Positions 1 through 10,296 are shown, counted from the first letter of the stretch. The stretch: DNA of 29,537 nucleotides from a virus (IMGVR_UViG_3300032007_001569); one strand, 5' to 3'. Notes: a model not told the origin generated them from the letters alone. Made by a program: numbers and translations.

Positions 1-17
1 GGTAAGGAGGGCGGCAT

Positions 18-446
18 ATGTTTGATATTTAGGCTATTACCTCGCCGAAGCCTACTGATTGCGGCGCAACATGCCTGAAAATGTTGCTTGCTTACTATGG
101 TGTAGATGTTCCGCTGGCTCAGCTAGTCAAAGATTGCAACACTCGCATTTCTGGTTGCACGGCAAAAGACATTCTCGTCGCTGGCCGTTTGCATGGCCTG
201 AACGACATGATCGCGTTCAAAATGGACGCCGATGAGCTTATTCGTCAAGATCGTCCGGCGATTATCTGGTGGCGCTTTAATCACTGGGTTGTTTTTGACG
301 GTGTAGACGACGAAGGCAAAGTCGTCATTTGCAATCCAGACAAGGGACGCTATCGCATGAGTAAAGGTACATTTACCAGCTTTTATACTGACATTAGTCT
401 CTGGAATGGGGAGCCGCACGATATTGATGAGGTAGAAACGGCATGA
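18..446 (+). pseudogene. Stand-alone C39-family cysteine peptidase with an in-frame amber stop at codon 5
   Basis: RBS AAGGAGG (4-10), ATG at 18, reading MFDI*AITSPKPTDCGATCLKMLLAYYG in frame with the 81..446 ORF. The catalytic DCG motif (Cys codon 60-62) lies upstream of the called start; NHWVV (His) and NPDKG follow. Confidence 0.7.
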
Positions 447-1282
447 AATTCGACGGCTCTAATTTAGAAGCTGTAGTTGATGAACATCTTCGCTGGCTTA
501 ATGAAGAGGCCAATGATGATGGCGAAATCCTCGACGATTGGCGCGCAGATTTTTCTGGAGCTGATTTACATGGCTGTGTTTTAGCCAATATCCCATTGTA
601 TGGCGCACTTTTTTGCGATGCAAATTTACGCTACGCTGATTTAACCGGCGCGGATTTATCACGGGCTGATTTTTCGCGAGCGAACATGTGTGGCGCACGG
701 CTCGAATGGGCCAATCTGCATCAGGCTAAAAATCTTCCTTTTGTGCCTATGGCGTGTCCTGATACAGGAAGTTTTATCGGCTGGAAACAGGCGCTATACA
801 GATATGCCGATGGGACGCTTGGCGGAAGAGTTATCTTAAAGCTACTCATTCCAGAAGATGCAGAAAGAACATGCGATACAAAGCGCGAATGCAGGGCGAC
901 GAAGGTAAAGGTTTTAGAAATACAAACTATTCAAGGTGATGTTCTGATTGATTCACCATCGGATGACTGCGCTGTCTCAATCAAGAACCATACAACGGAA
1001 TATCATGTTGGTGAAATTATAACAGTTCCAGATATTAGCGCCGATGACGGATTCTTTCGTTGGAATGGTGTATGGCATTATGAAAGAGGCCTCTTCTTTT
1101 TTGTGAACCGAAAAGAAGCCGTCTTCTATTTATCTGCTGGCGAAGATGGAGATGGAAATCCAATAGACGCGCATCGAGAGTTTATCAGAATAATAAAAGA
1201 GAAATCTGAAATGGCTGGCATAGAGGCATATAAAGATACGGAGCAAGATAAAGCAATGCAGATTTGGCAGGGTAAAGCATGA
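443..1282 (+). CDS. Pentapeptide-repeat protein with DUF5758-like C-terminal domain
   Basis: A(D/N)LxxADL repeats (ADFSGADLHG, ANLRYADLTGADLSRADFSRANMCGARLEWANL), then CPDTGSFIGWK...KLLIPEDAER...CRATKVKVL; ATGA overlap with the upstream gene. Confidence 0.85.
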   Translation: MKFDGSNLEAVVDEHLRWLNEEANDDGEILDDWRADFSGADLHGCVLANIPLYGALFCDANLRYADLTGADLSRADFSRANMCGARLEWANLHQAKNLPFVPMACPDTGSFIGWKQALYRYADGTLGGRVILKLLIPEDAERTCDTKRECRATKVKVLEIQTIQGDVLIDSPSDDCAVSIKNHTTEYHVGEIITVPDISADDGFFRWNGVWHYERGLFFFVNRKEAVFYLSAGEDGDGNPIDAHREFIRIIKEKSEMAGIEAYKDTEQDKAMQIWQGKA

Positions 1283-1614
1283 GTGATATTCCTATATTTG
1301 ATATTTCTGAAAAATGCAAACAGTGTCCTCAGTTGAACAATGCATCAGTAAGCGTATTTTGCGACGTAAAATTTGACCCAAATAAAAGCGGCATTGATAG
1401 GTGTGTCTTGCCAGAGCTAGAGGAGCTTTGGAAAAAAGGAATTGAAACAACGTGCTCATGTTGCGGCCACGGTGAACCAGATACGGCATGGATTGTGGTC
1501 AAAACAAATTATCGCCAGAAAATGATCGATCTCGGCTATGAAGAACGTCATCCAAAATACTACGACTGCTCATGCGGGACATTCTTTCGCGCAAAACTCA
1601 GAGGTGCTGTCTGA
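1279..1614 (+). CDS. Hypothetical Cys-rich phage protein
   Basis: ATGA overlap with the upstream gene; GIETTCSCCGHG motif; function not recognised. Confidence 0.65.
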   Translation: MSDIPIFDISEKCKQCPQLNNASVSVFCDVKFDPNKSGIDRCVLPELEELWKKGIETTCSCCGHGEPDTAWIVVKTNYRQKMIDLGYEERHPKYYDCSCGTFFRAKLRGAV

Positions 1615-1646
1615 GCCGAAACAATATTATTCATGGAGGCGCTTTA

Positions 1647-2081
1647 ATGGAAATAAACATTCAAGTTGAAGGTCAACGGTTACGGATCGAATCAAATTAT
1701 AAAAGATTAGTATATGGCACTCGAAAATTTATCAAGTTCATTTTTGACTTCAGTGATGACTGGGATGGGCTAACTATATTTGCCCAGTTTGTTCAAGATG
1801 GCGAAGATCGTAATGTCTTTTTAGATGCTGATGGAAGTGTATATTTGCCGTCAGACATTAAACCCGGCAGATGCGACATGATTTTATATGGTACGGGCAA
1901 TGGCGATATTATTGCAACATCAAATTCACTTGCATTTTTAATTGATGATAACCATGTGATTATTGATGAAAGTAGTATAGGCATTACTCCATCTCTATAT
2001 GAACAACTTGTTGCAAAGGTCAACGAAGTTACTAATAGCGTTGCGACCGTTGCTGAAGTCAAGTCGTTTTTAGAGATATAA
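1647..2081 (+). CDS. BppU N-terminal-like baseplate/fibre-associated protein
   Basis: RBS GGAGG before ATG 1647, a better start than 1572. MEINIQVEGQRLRI...FIFDFSDDWDGLTIFAQF pattern is typical of BppU_N-like phage proteins. Confidence 0.65.
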   Translation: MEINIQVEGQRLRIESNYKRLVYGTRKFIKFIFDFSDDWDGLTIFAQFVQDGEDRNVFLDADGSVYLPSDIKPGRCDMILYGTGNGDIIATSNSLAFLIDDNHVIIDESSIGITPSLYEQLVAKVNEVTNSVATVAEVKSFLEI

Positions 2082-2094
2082 AATGGAGGGGCTT

Positions 2095-4527
2095 ATGGCT
2101 GAACTAGAAAAGAAATTAATAGATTTGGAAGGTCTTAAAGTCCTTCACGAATATGCCGAAAAGACATATGCAACCGGCGCGGAAGTTGTTACACTAAACA
2201 ATCGCGTCGACTCAATTATTGCGTTACCTGATGGAAGCACTACCGCAGACGCAGAGCTGGTTGATATGCGTGTAGGCATCAATGGCACAACATATCAAAG
2301 CGCCGGAGATGCTGTCAGGGCGAATGCGACGGCGATTGAATCATTGATGGATGAAACGTACATCCATAAGACGAATATAGATGATTTTTACTGGCGGCCC
2401 AAAGTGCGGGTAAACTCCGCCGGGGCCTACGCCACCAATCAGGCCCATTACACGGGCATCTACGCGGATTCAAGCCAGAATCTGCTGTACGTGTACCCGG
2501 GGAGCACCGTGATGGCAAACGCCGGCTATGTCATGGACTACTCGATCAAATCCGAGAGCGGCGCGACGCTGGAGAAGCAGCAGGGGGTAGCGGCGGAAAC
2601 GGTGGTCACCATCAGCCACTACGGCGCGCTGCGCCTGTCTGTGACGGATGTGGACGGCACGGCGGACACCGGCACCGCCGAGAGCGCCGCCGCCGTGGCG
2701 AAGGCGGGGTTGACCATCGACCTGGCGACAGAGCCGATCAAGGACACGGTGGCGCGGAACGCGACCGACATCGCCGAGCTGCAGAGCGCCGTCTCAGCGG
2801 ACGCGGCGGCGGTCGCGGGGCTGACGAACGCCATCTACATACACGACGAGATCACGCCGGAGCTGGAGCAGGGCTCCATCACCACATCAAACGGCCAAAA
2901 TTCAGTGGCGGACAATCGCGTCAGGACTGGCTTTTACACCTACGCGGCCCCTGTGTCCGTGACCATCGGCAGCGCATACAAGTACTCCTGGCGGCGGTAT
3001 CAGGCGGACGGGACATATATCGACAGCTCCGACTGGATCCCCGAGAGCAGCACGCTGGAGTTTGCCGTGGGCCAGAAATTCCGGCTTGTTGTCGCGTATC
3101 AGGAGAGCGGCTCGATCACGCCCAGCGATGTAACAGAGCTCTCGCTCTCCATGTCCGCAATCACCGACACACTGCTGACCAAGCCGGGCAAGGCGGCGGA
3201 CGCGAAGGCCACGGGCGACATGATCCGGCAGATCGCCCGGTATGAGCACAGCGTTTCGCCTACGAGTGCGCTTGTCGGCAATGTAAGCATACGAGCGGCG
3301 AAGACGATCAATTTCAGCGACGGCACGCCGCCCATGCACGAGTGGTATCTGCTGCAGAGCACGAGCAACGCCTTTTACAGATCGAAAGACCTGTCGAATA
3401 AAGAATATTTGTTCACATTCACCCCTCCGAGCGGCAATGTGGCCGACTGGTCTGCGGGCATTACCGCCTCGAACGACGTGCTTTTTGTCGCCGACGCCGC
3501 TGGGCTATCCTATGATGTCAACGGACGACTGAGTGACGATAACAGAATTAACCCAGTGGTTTTCTTAGCATCGGAGAATTACTCTGTTATGCACACGATT
3601 GATTTTGGGAGTGCTCTTAAACCTTGCGGTTGGCTGGAAAATGTCGGTTACTGCTTGCTCCCGAGCGGCGACATTGTTTTTTGCGAGTACACGCGGGGCA
3701 CGGTCAAAACCGCCAACGTCTGGCGCGTGTCCGGCGATGTAACGGACGCAGAAAACTGGACGGTAACCTGGTCGCACGACATCATTGACGCGATGCAGAC
3801 CGGGCCTGATGGCATAAAGCATTGCCACGAGATGCAGTATGATTTCTATACCGGTATCGTTTATTTTGGAACAGGAGACAGCGAGACTGGTTCACAGAAT
3901 TACTATAGCACAGACAATGGCATGACATGGACGCGAATCTACGGTTCCGGCACAGATCAGAAAAACCGATGCAGACGATTGACGTATGTGTTTACAAAAG
4001 ATCATGTGTACTGGGCCAGCGACTCCTATCAGTCAGAAAATCATCATTTCTTTATTGCCCAGCGCGACAGTGACGGTGTTGTTGACATTGCGAATGCTAC
4101 ACAGATTGATTTGCCGAGTACGAATAACCAGGCGTGTTATGGTTGCGTGTACCTTCAAGCGCTCAACACAGTGGTTATGATGGATAGAATCGACAATGTA
4201 GGCGGTAGCGTATTTTACTGGTATTGCTATGACATCGACGCGCAAGCGGTGAAACTGATCGGGACGTTTAATTCTGTTGGCTCAATTACAAATGCACATC
4301 TTGGGTTTAGATGCAAATTCGTAGACTGGTATCCGAAGTTAAACGCGATATTAACTGGTTTCAATCCGCGCAGCGGATCGTATAACCCGGACACCAATGT
4401 CAACGCTTTATGCGGCAATCGCGGTGGAGAGACTGGAACAGGTGACAATAGGATCAATAACCTAATCATGTATGTTTACAAATCCGGCTCGGAATACTCA
4501 TTCAGAGCTGATACGATGTGGATTTAA
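2095..4527 (+). CDS. Mosaic virion fibre/receptor-binding-like protein with C-terminal Asp-box (BNR) beta-propeller
   Basis: RBS GGAGGGG before ATG 2095. Contains phage fibre motifs AELVDMRVGINGTTYQSAGDAVR and TLLTKPGKAADAKATGD, and the Asp-box YSTDNGMTW at 3904-3930. Confidence 0.65.
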   Translation: MAELEKKLIDLEGLKVLHEYAEKTYATGAEVVTLNNRVDSIIALPDGSTTADAELVDMRVGINGTTYQSAGDAVRANATAIESLMDETYIHKTNIDDFYWRPKVRVNSAGAYATNQAHYTGIYADSSQNLLYVYPGSTVMANAGYVMDYSIKSESGATLEKQQGVAAETVVTISHYGALRLSVTDVDGTADTGTAESAAAVAKAGLTIDLATEPIKDTVARNATDIAELQSAVSADAAAVAGLTNAIYIHDEITPELEQGSITTSNGQNSVADNRVRTGFYTYAAPVSVTIGSAYKYSWRRYQADGTYIDSSDWIPESSTLEFAVGQKFRLVVAYQESGSITPSDVTELSLSMSAITDTLLTKPGKAADAKATGDMIRQIARYEHSVSPTSALVGNVSIRAAKTINFSDGTPPMHEWYLLQSTSNAFYRSKDLSNKEYLFTFTPPSGNVADWSAGITASNDVLFVADAAGLSYDVNGRLSDDNRINPVVFLASENYSVMHTIDFGSALKPCGWLENVGYCLLPSGDIVFCEYTRGTVKTANVWRVSGDVTDAENWTVTWSHDIIDAMQTGPDGIKHCHEMQYDFYTGIVYFGTGDSETGSQNYYSTDNGMTWTRIYGSGTDQKNRCRRLTYVFTKDHVYWASDSYQSENHHFFIAQRDSDGVVDIANATQIDLPSTNNQACYGCVYLQALNTVVMMDRIDNVGGSVFYWYCYDIDAQAVKLIGTFNSVGSITNAHLGFRCKFVDWYPKLNAILTGFNPRSGSYNPDTNVNALCGNRGGETGTGDNRINNLIMYVYKSGSEYSFRADTMWI

Positions 4528-4536
4528 GGATTAAGG

Positions 4537-5043
4537 ATGAACGTCGGAAAGATATTTGAAAACGACTTCAAAAAATCAATGCCAGACAATATATTGCTTT
4601 TCCGCCTTCCAGATGCCGCACAAGCATTTGGGGGCGGAAATCTACGATTTAGCAGGAAAAATCCATTTGACTATTTACTATTCAATTCAGATCGTGGCAC
4701 ACTATTTGCCTTAGAGCTAAAAACCGTAAAAAGCAAAACCATCTCTTTCGAGCGTAGTTACAACGATCATGGAGATATACATTATCATCAGATTGTTGGA
4801 TTGAACATGTACAAGGATTTTGCTAATGTGACATGCGGTTTCATAATTGAATTTAGAGAAATTGAACTGACAATATTCCTAGATATAAATGAGTTCAACC
4901 GTCTTCTTGACATAATTCCCAAGAAGAGCTTTAATGTAAACGATCTGTCCAAATATGAAATCAAATATACTGTCATACCCCAACGTCTGGTAAGAACCAG
5001 ATACAGGTATGACATTAATAATATAATTGGCGATGTTAGCTAA
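4537..5043 (+). CDS. recU: RecU-like Holliday junction resolvase (PD-(D/E)XK)
   Basis: GKIFENDF, NPFDYLLF, LELKT and IHYHQI motifs match the RecU pattern. Confidence 0.8.
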   Translation: MNVGKIFENDFKKSMPDNILLFRLPDAAQAFGGGNLRFSRKNPFDYLLFNSDRGTLFALELKTVKSKTISFERSYNDHGDIHYHQIVGLNMYKDFANVTCGFIIEFREIELTIFLDINEFNRLLDIIPKKSFNVNDLSKYEIKYTVIPQRLVRTRYRYDINNIIGDVS

Positions 5044-5076
5044 GTTCGTCAATAGGCATGGAGGAATTGTAGTTTT

Positions 5077-5661
5077 ATGAAGTATAACGTAGAAGTTGAT
5101 ACACGGCTTAGTCTTTCAGATTATTTCAATGTGGTTGATGATCTCGTCCTGAGCTATTTTGACGTTGATGGCAAGTATCAGCCACAGATGGGATTTATCA
5201 ATTCAATCAAGGTGTTCTATAATTACTGCGTAAAGCACAGTGCGCTTGATGGAATTGTAGAGCATGACTTTTCAAATCTTGTCGATGTTGAAATCATCAT
5301 GGAGCATGACGAGATTATGCGGGAGTATTTTAAGGCAACATTTATAGATTATGAGTGTTCGTATGTCGATTTTGCGCGGGCTTATCGGGACGCGCTTGAC
5401 ATTGTGGAGCACAAAAAGTCATCTGTTGGCAATTTGACAGAGCAGTTTGGCGCGGCGCTTGAAAAGATCGTTACGCGGATTAATGAGGTTGTCAACCGCG
5501 AAGACCTTGATAAAATGGCTAAAATTTCAAAATACTTCGCTGAATATGGCGTTGATGTCGATGCGATTATGAAAGCCTATGGCAAATCTGAAAAGTTCAA
5601 CGGCGATCTCGTCAACCTAGAAGAGCGTCGGAAGCAGAAACAGGAAGAACAGAAAGAATGA
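5077..5661 (+). CDS. Hypothetical phage protein (possible tail assembly chaperone)
   Basis: 194-aa acidic helical ORF in the co-directional tail operon; function inferred from position only. Confidence 0.6.
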   Translation: MKYNVEVDTRLSLSDYFNVVDDLVLSYFDVDGKYQPQMGFINSIKVFYNYCVKHSALDGIVEHDFSNLVDVEIIMEHDEIMREYFKATFIDYECSYVDFARAYRDALDIVEHKKSSVGNLTEQFGAALEKIVTRINEVVNREDLDKMAKISKYFAEYGVDVDAIMKAYGKSEKFNGDLVNLEERRKQKQEEQKE

Positions 5662-5666
5662 TGTAA

Positions 5667-6116
5667 ATGGAATTTACGAATGCACAACAGCTTTATGCTG
5701 AATTGCAAAGACGCCAGCGACAAGCTATGGATCGCATGAGGCAAGAGGCGCTCAATGCGATGCGCGCGGAGACTTCGGCTTATTATGATGGGTCATCGCC
5801 AAGAATATATAGGCGAACTTACATGTTGCTGAAAAGCCCTCGCACATCTGCCCCGACGACAAGCGGCGATATTATGTCATTTGATGCCTATTTGGATCAG
5901 AAATACAGATACCCGTCAATCCAGTATGGGCATCAGCGCCCGAGCAAAGCCCCAACCATGACAGATGTCCTGAATCTGACAAATTATCAAACCTCCGCCA
6001 ATTCGAGCGTTGGTTATCTCCATCCGGCTATTGGTCGCCCGCATTATTGGGAAAGAGCGAATGATAGAATGAGAAACATCGCACAGAACACTTTAGGCTC
6101 ATTCTTTCCGAGGTAA
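5667..6116 (+). CDS. Hypothetical phage morphogenesis protein (HK97 gp10-like possible)
   Basis: Co-directional; helical N-terminus, YRRTYMLLKS and a C-terminal PAIGRPHYWERA pattern reminiscent of tail-completion proteins. Confidence 0.55.
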   Translation: MEFTNAQQLYAELQRRQRQAMDRMRQEALNAMRAETSAYYDGSSPRIYRRTYMLLKSPRTSAPTTSGDIMSFDAYLDQKYRYPSIQYGHQRPSKAPTMTDVLNLTNYQTSANSSVGYLHPAIGRPHYWERANDRMRNIAQNTLGSFFPR

Positions 6117-6127
6117 GGGGTGGTCGC

Positions 6128-7180
6128 ATGAAATCTCAAATAGACGGAAGAAGCACTGTATACAATGCAATCACATCGGATGAGAAGTTGAGTCGGATTC
6201 ATAAAGAGAATAAAGAATTAGAACGTGACTTCCTAGAATATCTGTCTTCTACAAATAAATCCAAAGAAACGATCAAGCAGTATCGCGCGAATCTGCATGT
6301 TTTCTGGTGCTGGAATCTGGAATACAATGACAATAAGCGTTTTACAAAGATTACAAAGAGAGAACTTGTTCGCTTCCAGAAACATGCACTTGACGAGTGG
6401 GGCTGGTCTCCACGGAGAATGCGGACGGTAAGGGCTACGATCTCATCATTGAGCAAGTATATTGAAAACATCCTTGATGACGAGTACGAAGATTACAAAG
6501 CTATTATTGGGAAAATTGAACCACCGCCCGATTCTGAGGCAAGGACAAAAACGGTGTTCAAGGAAGAGGAACTAAATGCGCTTCTGGATTACCTCGTAGA
6601 GAAGAAGGATTACATGAAGGCGTGTGCGCTCTCACTGGCTATAAACAGTGGGCGCAGAAAGGCGGAACTCCCCCGCTTCAAGGTCGGATATTTCAGGCCG
6701 GAATTTACAATTTGTAGCGGGGCGTTATACAAGACGCCAGAGATGGTGCAGACAAAAGGACGCGGCGAAGATGGGAAGCCGCTTTTTTTATACACTCTTA
6801 CTGCCCCATTCAATCCATATCTCGATCTTTGGCTTAAAGAGCGGGAACGCTTGGGTATTGTCAGCCAATGGCTATTCCCAAAGCGTAAGCATGGCGCATG
6901 GCTCGACGAACCAATCGAAATCAGTACACTTGATTCTTGGGCGAGAACTTTCAGCAAGTTGCTTGGCAAGGCTTTTTATTGGCACAGCATCCGGCATTTC
7001 TTCACTACGAAGCTGGTCTCATATGGTATTCCGGCTGCGGTGATACAGGATGTTGTCGGATGGGAGTCTGCCGACATGGTAAATCGATATGATGATACTG
7101 ACAAAGACGACCGTTTTGAAAAATACTTCGGAGCTGAAGGCATCCGAAAAGTCGAAGCGGGATCGCTGGAAAAAATCTAA
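6128..7180 (+). CDS. Tyrosine recombinase, SPbeta YomM-like, within the tail module
   Basis: Catalytic set present: SGRRKAE (R), TKGRG (K), HSIRH (HxxR), GW, RYDD (Y). SAM-like N-terminal domain; lies directly upstream of the TMP, as yomM does in SPbeta. Confidence 0.9.
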   Translation: MKSQIDGRSTVYNAITSDEKLSRIHKENKELERDFLEYLSSTNKSKETIKQYRANLHVFWCWNLEYNDNKRFTKITKRELVRFQKHALDEWGWSPRRMRTVRATISSLSKYIENILDDEYEDYKAIIGKIEPPPDSEARTKTVFKEEELNALLDYLVEKKDYMKACALSLAINSGRRKAELPRFKVGYFRPEFTICSGALYKTPEMVQTKGRGEDGKPLFLYTLTAPFNPYLDLWLKERERLGIVSQWLFPKRKHGAWLDEPIEISTLDSWARTFSKLLGKAFYWHSIRHFFTTKLVSYGIPAAVIQDVVGWESADMVNRYDDTDKDDRFEKYFGAEGIRKVEAGSLEKI

Positions 7181-7240
7181 AATACGCAATCTACATGGCG
7201 GCATTGCGGCCACTCGCGGATTGCAGAAAGGATGATGTAA

Positions 7241-9712
7241 GTGGCAAGCGCTAATGACTTTGTAACCAGAATAGCGACTAGACTTGATACAACTGGTTTT
7301 GACCAGGCAATGAGAACACTTGTCAATACCAACCATCAAGTGGATGTTTCGCTTAATATGGCTACAATAAACCGCCAGATTACAGATTTGGAGCACAGGC
7401 TTCTTAACCTGAACAATCTGTTCAACAACGCTGGCGGTGGTGCTGGTGGCGGTGGTGGCGGTCGAGGACGTGGCCGTGGCAACAATGTATTTGACCTAAT
7501 GTATCGCGAAGCTGTCGATACAGCACGGGAAATCAGCCAAATCCGAATATCGCTTCCGCAAATTGATACGCGCACAAACGCGCGGCAAATCAATGAAGCG
7601 ATGGGTCAGCTTAACGCGCTGGAGGCTAGATACCGTCAGCTTATGCAGACGCTCAATGGCAACCTCACCGCGAACCAGGCATATACGCTTAACCATATTC
7701 TCGATACGCGCGGCAGACGAGTTGACCTTGCGACTGCGATTGTTGGCGACACGAACCAAATCAATGAAGCGCGAAGAGCATACGAACAACTGTTCTCATT
7801 GGCTCAGAGAATTGGTTCTATGCAAACACAGATCGCCGGATTGGACGCGAGTAAAAACGGCGGTCAGATTGCCACGCTGACTAATCAGCTTAATCAGTTC
7901 CGACAGGAGTATGCCAATGTTTTGCAGAGCGTTACGACACTCAGCCGCGAACAGCAGGATAATATTCTTGGTGTTTTTGAAAACACGGGGAATCAGCTAG
8001 ATGTTATTGCGGCAAAATTAGCAGACGCCAGACAGCGGCTCGCCGAATCAATCGGACAAAAGATTGACAATGGTGAATTGGAATCGAGCATTTCAAGACT
8101 CAGTGCCGGTTATGAGCGGTTAGGAAGCGTTGGTGGAGAAAAGGTAAAAGCGCTCAAAACAGATATTGATGAATTAAAGCAAATTCAGTCTGACCTATCT
8201 CAAACACACGATGTTGACCAGATCATATCAATGTATGAGCGGTTCAAAGATACGGCGGCGCGCGCGAAAAATACAATATCAGAATTATCTGTTGAGCAAA
8301 AACGCTTTGCGTCGGCCTCACAGGTTAATGCGTTTGACAAACAGCTATCAAGCTGGCTTGAACGCAACCGGAAGTCCGCTGGTGAATTTGGAGTATCTGT
8401 TGAGCAGGTTCAGCAGAAGCTACGCGAATTGGCCGCGAGCGGCAAAGTGCCGATAACTGTACTGAATCAGCTACAAAAAGAGTTTGCTGAAACAGATATG
8501 GAGGCGCGAAAGGCTGGTGCAACGACCAGTGCTCTCCAGTCTACAATGCAGAGCCTCGGCGACCAGTTGAAGAGATACCTGTCGTTCGCTGCGGTCGTCA
8601 ATCTGTTTAAGCAGATGGCGAAGGAAGTTCTTGCGGTTGATACAGCCATGACGGGCTTGTATCGAGTGACAAATCTTTCTGCAAGTCAATATAAACAACT
8701 ATATTCGCAGATGGTTCAATCTGCAAAGCAATATGGTTCTACGCTGACAGACATTATTGACGCGACGACCGGCTGGGTTAAGCTGGGATTTGCGCCAGAT
8801 GTCGCACAACAACTTGCAAACATCACGGCAACCTATCAGCACGTTACGGATTTGGATTCTGGAACGGCGGTTAAAAACCTTGTTACAGCCTACAAGGGTT
8901 TTGAAAAACAGCTTTTGGAGGCAAATAACGGTAATACTGCTGCGGCCATAACTCAAATCACCGACATATATGATAAGCTCGGTAACGAGTTTGCTGAAAG
9001 CGCGGCAGACTTAGGCGATGGCTTGTCGAAATCCGCTTCCGTTCTGGCAACAGGTGGCGCTTCAATTCAACAAGCGGCTGGCCTATTTACAGGCATACAA
9101 GAAACGATTCAAGATAGTTCTGTCGCTGGTCAGACGCTAAAGATTTTAACTTTGCGTATTCGCGGCATGAAGGGTGAGCTGGAAGAGCTTGGCGAAGAGG
9201 TTGATGATGATGTCGATTCTCTGTCCAAGGTACAGACGCAAATTCTGAATCTTACACACGGGAAAGTCAACATCTTTGACGATCAGCAGAATTTCAGAAA
9301 TATCTATGAAGTCCTTCGTGATATTGCCGGAGTTTATGGCGAATTGAATGATGCCGATTCTGCTGCATTGCTTGAAGTCATTGCAGGTAAGAACCGCGCA
9401 AACGCAGTTCAGGCATTGCTTAATCAGTGGGATCAGGTTGAAAAGGCTACTGAGGCCGCATACAATTCTGCTGGCACCGCTGCCGCAGAACAGGAAAAGT
9501 ACATGCAGTCTTTGCAGGGTCGTCTTGATTCATTCAAGGCTTCCTGGCAAGCTCTGGCAAATGATGTTATTGATTCAGACCTACTTAAATCTGGCGTCGA
9601 TTTCGGCGCTCGTATACTAGACACAATAGACGCGCTCATCAATCGCATTGGCGTTCTTATTCCGCTCGCCACGGCATTGACAGCGGCGTTGAGCTTCAAA
9701 TCTAAAACCGGT
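7241..9712 (+). CDS. Tail tape measure protein, exon 1 (824 codons)
   Basis: TP901-type TMP core (VDTAMTGLYRVTNLS...YGSTLTDIIDATTGWVKLG...). TMP-like sequence ends at KSKTG (GGT 9710-9712), the predicted 5' splice site; the last 28 codons of the called ORF (to 9799) are intron sequence. Confidence 0.9.
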
Positions 9713-10242
9713 GAACTAATTATCAGTTCCGATGCAGACTACACTATGCACCGAGTGCGCCGGAAAGCTACTAATGGTAACATGAACGATGTCGCGTGAT
9801 AATTCGCTTCGCGGCAAAGAGGGCTTTAAGAATCGTCGTTAATTGGTATGGGTGGCTCCGTACCCGAAGAGACTGGGACGAACTGTGCGTGAACCTACAT
9901 ACGACGCATGGAACTATCAGCAGCTATATCCCTATGCGAAGAAGGGAAAGTTCAGAGGCTACCAACGCGCACGGAAGCGATTGGCTTTCGTGAAGGTATA
10001 GTCCAAACTGGGATCGGCAGTAGGATAAAGCCGATTCAAAAAGCCAAGCCAGTGCGCTAACTGGCGTGTAGAAAATAGCGGGGTGGCACTCCCCTATCAT
10101 GCGTGAGATAAAATGTGCGTTTAATCAATGAGGCATAGCTCGTTCGGTGAGTGATTGTGGAGGTTTGACATGGGGTTGGCGTTTAGCCGTTGTCCGAATA
10201 GGGTTTCCGAAAAAGAAAAACGCAGTAACTTCTAAAAGGTGA

Positions 10243-10271
10243 TTGCCATATGGTTCGCCGCAGTGTATAAT
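10243..10271 (+). promoter_or_regulatory. sigma-A-type promoter inside the intron
   Basis: TTGCCA (10243-10248), 17-nt spacer, TATAAT (10266-10271); followed by RBS GAGGTG and GTG 10297. Confidence 0.75.
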
Positions 10272-10296
10272 AATAGGAAGAAATAGAGGTGATTAT

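Noticed and set aside
2902-3339. 145-aa minus-strand ORF and other short antisense or nested ORFs in the track
   Set aside because: They shadow long, well-supported genes (often in GC-rich or low-stop-frequency stretches) and lack an RBS or recognisable motifs.
5077-6116. Programmed -1 frameshift of tail assembly chaperones
   Set aside because: No convincing slippery heptamer with an overlapping downstream frame was found; the genes are separated by normal short spacers.
9796-9993. 65-aa ORF after TMP exon 1
   Set aside because: Lies entirely within the ribozyme core, with no RBS.
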